DNA from: Octopus vulgaris
Lineage: Eukaryota
NCBI GenBank assembly: GCA_951406725.2
Contig: OX597827.1
Location: 8,432,001-8,496,000 of the forward strand
Length of the DNA: 64,000 bases
Direction: 5' to 3'
In this document: piece after piece, positions 55,716-64,000 of the stretch
Numbering within the stretch: the first letter of the stretch is position 1
Layout: each line of letters starts with the position of its first letter
The notes under the pieces: generated by a model
Database searches by the model: none
What the model was told of the DNA's origin: nothing
Seen by the model: only the letters and a program-made list of their open reading frames with translations
Made by a program: the position numbers and the translations under genes

Positions 55716-56524
55716 TATCAGCTTTGTATATTTCTTTCTCTTTTATTCAATGTTGGGTGTGGAACAAAGGTATTGACTTCATTTCATAATAGAATGTTGT
55801 TTCAATTGTCAAAATGTATAATCTCAGCAAACAGTATTTGTGGACCATGCTGTAGCATTTAGAATTAATAATTAAAACAAAAAGACAATATTTATTGATT
55901 ACTTGTAGCTTTACATATTGCCAACATGTGTAATTGCGAGATGAGATTATAGTTGATTAAATCAACCCAATATGTTACTCATGCGTAGTTGAAAGGAGAA
56001 AAAAGAGCTGAGACAATGCTTGTACATGTAATTTTTCTGTCACAACTACTGGCTGAAAGGGATGCTGAAGCACTTATTATGGAATGAAAAACTGTTCATT
56101 ATTTTACTCTGAAAGACTCCGCACTATTTAAATAGTAGCATTGTTTAGTGAATCCTATAACAAAAATTTGTTACTAGTTCATTGGGTAATAGGAAGGAAA
56201 AATGTATTTTAATAAAGAAATTGTTTATGACAAATAAATGCAAATTCTTTTGGCAATGCATCAATATGGTTAACACTTAGAAAGAAAATTTGACTAATAA
56301 ATTATGACTGGAAGGAAAAGAGGTTATATCAGGTCCAGTATATTAGTTATAAGACCTGAGGATAAGAAAATAGGTTAAATTCAATTTATAAATGATGTTA
56401 TATATGTATATGAATGATTATCAACTTCATTTTCTCTCTCTCCTTCTCACTCTCTCTCTCTCTCTCACACACACTTTCTCTTTCTCTTTCCCCATAGCAT
56501 TCAGTACAGCACACACTCACAAAC

Positions 56525-56578
<54 letters not shown>

Positions 56579-56581
<3 letters not shown>

Positions 56582-56597
56582 TATAATCAAATATGAA

Positions 56598-56643
<46 letters not shown>

Positions 56644-57070
56644 TATGCATTAAATTATATTATATTATAGTTCATATATAAAGATGTATATATATACATA
56701 TATATATATACACACACATACACACACACTCACATACATTATAATCAAATATGCATACATGTGTATATAAATATATATATATATATATTATATTATATTA
56801 TATTATATATTATATTATAGTTCATATATAAAGATGTATATATATACATATATATACATACACATACACATATACATATATATACATACACATACACACA
56901 CACATTATAATCAAATATGCATACATGTGTGTGTATATATATATATATGTATATATTATATTATATTATAGTTCATATATAAAGACGTATATATATACAT
57001 ATACATATACACACACATACATACACACACACACATGCACATACACACACATACACACACACACACACAC
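56579..57070. repeat. Three-copy ~160-bp minisatellite built from microsatellites
   Basis: cattataatcaaatatg...tatagttcatatataaaga at 56579, 56737 and 56903. Confidence 0.85.
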
Positions 57071-60000
57071 ATGTATACTTGTCACATGTTACTTTGGTTA
57101 CGCCTTTTGCTTCGTAATGAGAAATGGAAAATTATTTTGCACGTTGCATACATTTTCTCTGATATAAACACAACAAAGACTTTATTGGGAAAGTTAACAC
57201 TTAAAAAGAAAAAAAAAATCCAATAGTTGCCATTCATAATAGATTGATGTAGCCTGAAGATACAACATTGCAAGGCTGCCTCAAATAACTAACTCCATAT
57301 ATTCCTCTTCACAGAGCAAAATAGAGAATATCACTGCCTTGAAACCAAAAGTGCAAGCTAAAAATCTATGTGCAACATAGCATAAAAAAAAAAAAAACGC
57401 TGTTACCAGAGTAGACGCCCTTTCTCTTCCTTGCTTGTCTTTTCTATTTAGCCATTCTTTTTCGCTCTCTCTCTCTCTCTCCCTCTTTTCCCCCTTTCTT
57501 TTTATCTCCCTCTCTCTTTCTCTTTCTTTCTTTCCCTTATTTCCTAAAGTGAATATTCTTTTGTTTTCATTGTAGTTGTGACATCTAAAACAACACAACA
57601 GTGTTTCAAAGAATTTAGGTATTTTGAATCAATAAAAATTTTTAAAAAAACCAAAAAACAAACAAAAATAAAATAATAAATAAAACAGTCTGAAATGGTT
57701 ATATTTTCTCAGATTCATAGTAGTCAGAATATAAAACTTTGGTGTAGAAGCCATTTAGTTTTAATGATGGCAGCTTATTACTTCTGAAATTGCTAAATTA
57801 TAACTACTCTTTGTGCTGCATATCTGTAGACTGAACGTATTCTTTGTGTGTGCTTTTTTTTTTCAAGACAAACAAGAAAAAAAGAAAAAGGACAAAGAGG
57901 AAAAAAAAGAGGAAAAAGAATGAAAAAAAAGAAAGAAAAACAAGAAGTAAACAAAATGGAAATAAAATAAAACCATAGTCACAGCTATTTCACACGCATG
58001 ATTGATATGAATTACTTGAGAATGGTCCGGCTTAACTCATTCCGTTCTTAAATTATTTTTTTTTTCTTCTGCTGTGAAAAACTATTGTGATTAAGATGGT
58101 GTTCCACCAAATAGCAGCATTAAAACAAGAAGGGTCATAATTAAAATGTTTCAAGAAGTGCAGTATATTAATCAATAAAAGCAAAAAGATTATCTTTATT
58201 TTACTAGAGCATGTAGCCATCTCACTGAGCTCTCATTTCGATAATTTCTTGCTTGACAATGAACCTAAAAACAGCGAAAAAAAAAAAGAAAACTGACCTC
58301 CTACTCACTAACTAACTAGAAATACTGACCAATGATGTGCTATTCTTTGCAACAGCAATTTTCTTTTTTGCTTTTGTTTATTTTTATTTTTATTTTTTAC
58401 TTTCTTTCTCTAGTTTCTTTTAAAAATAGCTTTCTATTCAGCTGTAGCATGAACGAAGAAATTGCGCCCCCCAGCAGTGCAGTACACCATTACTGTTGCT
58501 TGCGGTTTTTCATAACCAGCGATTCGTACATCGTACATCAAAATACTCACGTCAGATCAGCATTTCCCATTTGTAAAAGTAAATTATGGTTCCCGTTCGA
58601 AATCTTAATTAGAAAAAGCTGAAATATTCTGCAACTTTCACTGCATTCTTTGACAACGACAACTTTTCACGGACGAAAGGTCAGTACAATGAACAAAATG
58701 TAAATCACTCGAGAAATATCACAATCCAGCTCAAGGCAAGCTTTAAAACAAGGATAATAATTTTTTTCCTGTTCACTGAATTCATGCAGGATGGCTGCCG
58801 TTATTTCCCTAGACACTGGTAAGCAGTTATTTTTACAGCCACTTCATAAATTTGGCTCCTGTGTCTTTCATCTTAAATATAATGTCTTTGTTGAAAGTTC
58901 TGCTGCGGCTTTCCACAAATAGGAACAGCAAAATAACCCTGGTCATACTCTGTTCGTTCTTCTCTCCTACACTGAATCTAGATGATACACTAACTCTTGA
59001 ACCAAAGATTTTGGTGGGTATTTTTTATAATAATTAGTCATTTCTTGTATTTTTAATAATTTTATTTTTTTGCTTTTTTTTTACCACCAATCACATCATT
59101 GTTGTTGTTGTTGTTATTGTTGATGTCATCTACATCAATATAATTATCTTAGTTTATATTTCTCTTTATTCCAAAATATGATTTTAGTATTTGGATTTTA
59201 CAGAACTGAAGTAGGAAAATGCATAATAATTATCAATCAAATTTTGGAAATCCAGCTTCTTAATCCTACTGATGTTGCTTTCTTATTCTTTAAAAAAAAA
59301 ATATTAATTTTGATGTGAATTGTTTTTGTGATATTTTCAAAGATTAATTCCTGACAAACTTGATACGAAACATAGTGACAGAAGCACTTTTTTATCAAAT
59401 TAACACCAATTTAATGTTTCACAGTTCTCAAATAAAAGTCAGATAGAAATAAGGAAGAATACTTTTTACAGAGTTAAGCAAGTAGTGGTTTTATCTTGTA
59501 CTATAATGTATTTATTTCTTTATTTAGTTTAGTTACAATTTCAGCACTAAAGAAAGGTGTTTTTTAAGCAATTTCTGCTATAATTGGATTTAAATTATGG
59601 CATGTAAAAATTTAAAGCTCTGGAGATAAAATTTGGAGAATTGAAACTAGAAATTGTATTGACACATAGTAAAACACCACAAGCATATACTGCTCTCCAG
59701 AATAGTTTCAACTTGAGATAAAGAATTTATGATGTACACCGCACCTTGAATTGAGCATAACAATTAAGCAATAGATAATTAGAAATCGATTACCAATAAG
59801 CCTTCAGTCAATTAATCACTGTAAGTTAGAGATAAAATAATACGATTTTATTGACTACTTATGAGAACATAGATCAATGGATCTTGTATTAAGGCATCTA
59901 AGATGTTTGCTTAATGCTATTGTAAAACTTAAAATAGGATAATGAGAGAAAAAAAAGTTGCAGTGGCCTAAAGGGTAGAGCTATTATAGAGGGAGAGCTA

Positions 60001-60137
60001 TGAACCAATTTTATAGATGAAAGGAAACATTGATTACACTTCTATGTGTCATGAAATTCACTTTTTGTAAGAATAAAAAGGCCTGAACTAGCAATCAGTT
60101 TTGTGTGTGTGTGTGTGCGTGTGTGTGTGCGTGTGTG

Positions 60138-60170
<33 letters not shown>

Positions 60171-60527
60171 TAAGGAGCCTTCAATCATTGTTGTTTAATT
60201 AAAAATCTGAATATCTGCAATGAGTTATTGATAATACAATCATAATTTCTTTGGACTATTAACCTCATCTGCGGAATAAAGAAATGTTTTAAAATTAATG
60301 TCACCACTTGTGTTTCAAACAATTTGCTCCCAGATCGTCCTCAGGTATCTTATTTCTGGTCGTGTATATCTATCTACATGCATCTGTGGCCAAATGGATA
60401 AGAACATGATGTTTAGTTTAGAAATATAGGTTCCAAGTTTGAATACTTTTGTCTGGTACTATGTACAGATATATAAAAATAAGAAACCTGACAATAACCT
60501 GAAATAAAAACACACTCGAAACATAAT

Positions 60528-60870
60528 CGGGATCAGGACCCCCTTCGGTCACGACACTGACCATGGGATTGCACCTAGAAAGTTACCCTCCTAATCGCAA
60601 GTCTGGGCAAAGTGGTTTATGGAAGACCAGCAGTCACCCATGCATACCGGCCTCCCCTCTCCATGCCACCAGTGTTATCCAAGAGAAAGGCAAAGGGGCC
60701 GATACAGCTTGGCACAGGTGACGTCGCAACTCATTTCTACAGCTGAGTGAACTGGAGCAACAGGAAATAAAGTGTCTTGCTCAAGAACACAACACGCAGC
60801 CCGGTCCGGGATTTGAACTCACAACCTCACGACGTAAGCTCAATGCTCTAACCACTGAGCCATGCGCCTT
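60528..60870 (-). mobile_element. tRNA-derived SINE family E (CORE/V-like ttgagcaagacact)
   Basis: A box TGGCTCAGTGG, B box GAGTTCAAATCC; 15-bp TSD cactcgaaacataat at 60513-60527 and 60871-60885. Confidence 0.85.
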
Positions 60871-61462
60871 CACTCGAAACATAATAGAGATGTAGATATG
60901 AAACATTTTCCATTTCTGAAGATAATGTTAATAGTCTACAAAATTATAACCATATAGTTTAGTTCGAGATCAGCTCTGATCTAGCAGACCTATGATCAAA
61001 GGCGATACAGTTATGAATATACTGTCCTCTTTGTTTTGTTTTTTGTTGTTTTTTTCTTGGTTTTTTTTTTAGTTTTTCAGATATGTTTTATCTATGACAA
61101 CATCATACAACGTATTTCTACAATGATAACAGTGTGTGATATGAGAGTGATTTGGTTATTGTTTTTAGAAATAGGGTGACCACATACAGGATTCCACCTT
61201 TGCTCAAATTTCCTATTTGATGATGATGATGATGGCACCACTTTAAAATTAAAGAGCTGCTCACTAACCACTAATAATTTTTCACATGTCGCTCTCTCTG
61301 TAATTTATAGGTTGAAAATGGAAGTTAGTATTTATTTACTAAGTATAAGTTTATAAAACATTAGCATTTATTTATCAGTCTGCACTATGCAATTGATTTT
61401 CTGATATCAAAAAGATATCAGACACCAAAAGAACTAGATTATATAATAAAAATGAATATTTA

Positions 61463-61862
61463 TTTACGTGCCACTGGCACGGAAGCCAGTCGAGGCGGCG
61501 CTGGCATCAGCCACAAGTCGGATGGTGCTTTTTACGGACTGGTGGCACGTAAAAAGCACCATCCGAATCGTGGCTGATGCCAGTGCCACCTCGAACGGCT
61601 TCCGTGCCGGTGGCACGTAAAATGCACCAATCTGGCCGTTGCCAGCCTCGCCTGGCACCTGTGCAGGTGGCAGGTAAAAAGCACCTACTACACTCACGGA
61701 GTGGTTGGCGTTAGGAAGGGCATCCAGCTGTAGAGACACTGCCAGATCAGACTGGAGCCTGGTGCAGCCTTCTGGCTTCCCAGATCCCCGGTCGAACCGT
61801 CCAACCCATGCTAGCATGGAGAACAGACGTTAAACGATGATGATGATGATGATGATGATGAT
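61463..61862 (+). mobile_element. SINE-like family C with 5' fold-back
   Basis: ~73-bp inverted arms 61463-61535 / 61548-61621, repeated ggtggcacgtaaaa modules, (gat)n tail. Confidence 0.8.
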
Positions 61863-62020
61863 TTAAACAAATATTTTAGTTAAAGGCCAAAACTTTCAGA
61901 GGAGATGCAAAACCCAGTGCTTAGGTAACTGGGCTCTCGATTATAATGTTGTAGGTTCAATTCTCAGTCTAGAAGACATGTTGTGTGCTTTGTTGAGGCT
62001 CTTCTTTATTTCATGTTCCT

Positions 62021-62426
62021 CAGGAGTGGCTGTGTGGTAAGTAGCTTGCAAACGAACCACATGGTTCCGGGTTCAGTCCCACTGCGTGGCACCTTGGGCG
62101 AGTGTCTTCTGCTATAGCCCCGGGGCCGACCAATGCCTTGTGAGTGGATTTGGTAGACGGAAACTGAAAAGAAGCCTGTCGTATATATGTATATATATAT
62201 ATGTGTGTGTGTGTTTGTGTGTCTGTGTTTGTCCCCCTAGCGTTGCTTGACAACCGATGCTGGTGTGTTTACATCCCCCGTCACTTAGCGGTTCAGCAAA
62301 AGAGACCAATAGAATAAGTACTGGGCTTACAAAGAAAAAGTTCCGGGGTCGATTTGCTCGACTAAAGGCGGTGCTCCAGCATGGCCGCAGTCAAATGACT
62401 GAAACAAGTAAAAGAGTAAAAGAGTA
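62021..62426 (+). mobile_element. SINE family A nested in a decayed family E-like SINE
   Basis: Near full-length copy; host remnants at ~61915-62020 and 62427-62452. Confidence 0.85.
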
Positions 62427-62590
62427 AGTCAACTTAGCTGGCAAAAATGAGAATTAGAATTGACAGAGCATCTGGTGTGCATTGTACTAGCACAATAGTG
62501 TTAAGGAGTTTATGAACATCCACAAGCTGGTTCATGGATTATATCTAATCTATTCTTCCTAGTACAGTAACAGTCCTTCCAATGAGTAAT

Positions 62591-62767
62591 GGGTAACGGG
62601 GAATCAGGGTTCGATTCCGGAGAGGGAGCATGCGAAATGGCTACCACATCCAAGGAAGGCAGCAGGCACGCAAATTACCCACTCCCGGCACGGGGAGGTA
62701 GTGACGAAAAATAACGACGAGGGACTCTGTCGAGGCCCCGCGATCGGAATGAGTACACTTAAAATCC
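62591..62767 (+). pseudogene. Dispersed 18S rRNA fragment
   Basis: gggtaacggggaatcagggttcgattccggagagggagc...ctaccacatccaaggaaggcagcagg...gaggtagtgacgaaaaataac...ggaatgagtacactt is the conserved eukaryotic SSU segment; only ~180 bp, non-rRNA flanks. Confidence 0.92.
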
Positions 62768-62869
62768 GTAGTATCAATCAATCAAATTTTTTTCTTACAC
62801 GAGTTTAATAAACCCCAAATCTATGTCCCAAGGATTAACAAACATTTGATCAGATTTGCTTTGCTCATT

Positions 62870-63899
62870 TTAACACTTTGGCATTCATATTACTCTGTTG
62901 ACTGAAATGTTTATTTATCCACATTGTTTGGAATTAAACATTCATTACCTCATACCTATTTCTTTATTACCCACAAGGGGATAAACATAGAGGGGACAAA
63001 CAAGGACAGACATAGGTATTAAGTCGATTACATCGACCCCCCAGTGCGTAACTGGTACTTAATTTATCGACCCCGAAAGGATGAAAGGCAAAGTCGACCT
63101 CTGCGGAATTTGAACTCAGAACGTAAAGACATACGAAATACCCATTTCTTTCTTACCCACAAGGGGCTACACATAGAGGGGACAAACAAGGACAGACATA
63201 GGTATTAAGTCGATTACATCGACCCCCAGTGCGTAACTGGTACTTAATTTATCGACCCCGAAAGGATGAAAGGCAAAGTCGACCTCGGCGGAATTTGAAC
63301 TCAGAACGTAAAGACAGACGAAATACCTATTTCTTTACTACCCACAAGGGGCTAAACATAGAGGGGACAAACAAGGACAGACATAGGTATTAAGTCGATT
63401 ACATCGACCCCCAGTGCGTAACTGGTACTTAATTTATCGACCCCGAAAGGATGAAAGGCAAAGTCGACCTCGGCGGAATTTGAACTCAGAACGTAACGAC
63501 AGACGAAATACCTATTTCTTTATTACCCACAAGGGGCTAAACATAGAGGGGACAAACAAGGACAGACATAGGTATTAAGTCAATTACATCGACCCTCAGT
63601 GCGTAACTGGTACTTAATTTATCGACCCCGAAAGGATGAAAAGCAAAGTCGACCTCGGCGGAATTTGAACTCAGAACGTAACAATAGACGAAATACCGCT
63701 GAGCATTTTGCCCGGCGTGCTAACGTTTCTGCCAGCCCGCCGTCTTATTACCTCATACCTTTGAGATTTCAATAATGTGGTTGTTTAGTTTTAGAATGAC
63801 ATTGTAGGGTAGGTAGGAGAAGCTGGATCAGATCAGTTTGGCCATTAAACAGGCAGAATATTTTGGCTGGATACAGTCAGTTTACATTTAAAGGGTTAA
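62870..63899. mobile_element. TTAA-ended (piggyBac-like) MITE split by the SINE multimer
   Basis: ttaacactttggcatt...tttaaagggttaa; second, inverted copy at ~53893-54489. Confidence 0.6.
62957..63746 (-). mobile_element. SINE family B multimer: one head plus four tandem ~185-bp bodies
   Basis: Units start at 62957, 63143, 63328 and 63513; single head 63698-63746; one TSD attacctcatacc at 62944-62956 and 63747-63759. Confidence 0.9.
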
Positions 63900-64000
63900 G
63901 GAATGTGACTATAAGCTGCTTGTTCTACCTGTGTGTTCAATATAGAAGGATTAGATTCATTTTAGCGTTTGAATATTATTTTGGCAACTCTTGTTGGAAA

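Noticed and set aside
62591-62767. Functional rRNA gene or contaminant contig
   Set aside because: Only ~180 bp, mutated at conserved sites, embedded among host repeats.
62957-63697. CRISPR-like or satellite interpretation of the 185-bp array
   Set aside because: No unique spacers, eukaryotic context, and the units equal the body of a dispersed SINE.

Overview
AT-rich, microsatellite- and retroposon-dense eukaryotic DNA, most likely octopus (inferred from the cephalopod-type protocadherin and SINE landscape). The only convincing protein-coding feature is one large minus-strand protocadherin exon (ATG 6610 to splice donor at 4184: signal peptide, 6 cadherin repeats, TM). The rest is intronic or intergenic: at least five SINE-like families, 3' fragments of RTE and R4/Dong non-LTR retrotransposons, mariner- and piggyBac-type MITEs, an 18S rRNA fragment and many simple repeats. 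Nearly all other listed ORFs are microsatellite artefacts. The most interesting signal is a set of minimal type-I hammerhead ribozyme motifs with palindromic stem III (2 with intact cores, 1 near-intact, 4 decayed) in short cassettes inside or beside (TA)n tracts, often with long fold-back inverted repeats. This matches Penelope-like pseudo-LTR remnants; one intact ribozyme lies in sense orientation in the protocadherin intron. Also notable are a head-plus-4x185-bp tandem SINE multimer inside a single target-site duplication and inverted SINE pairs.
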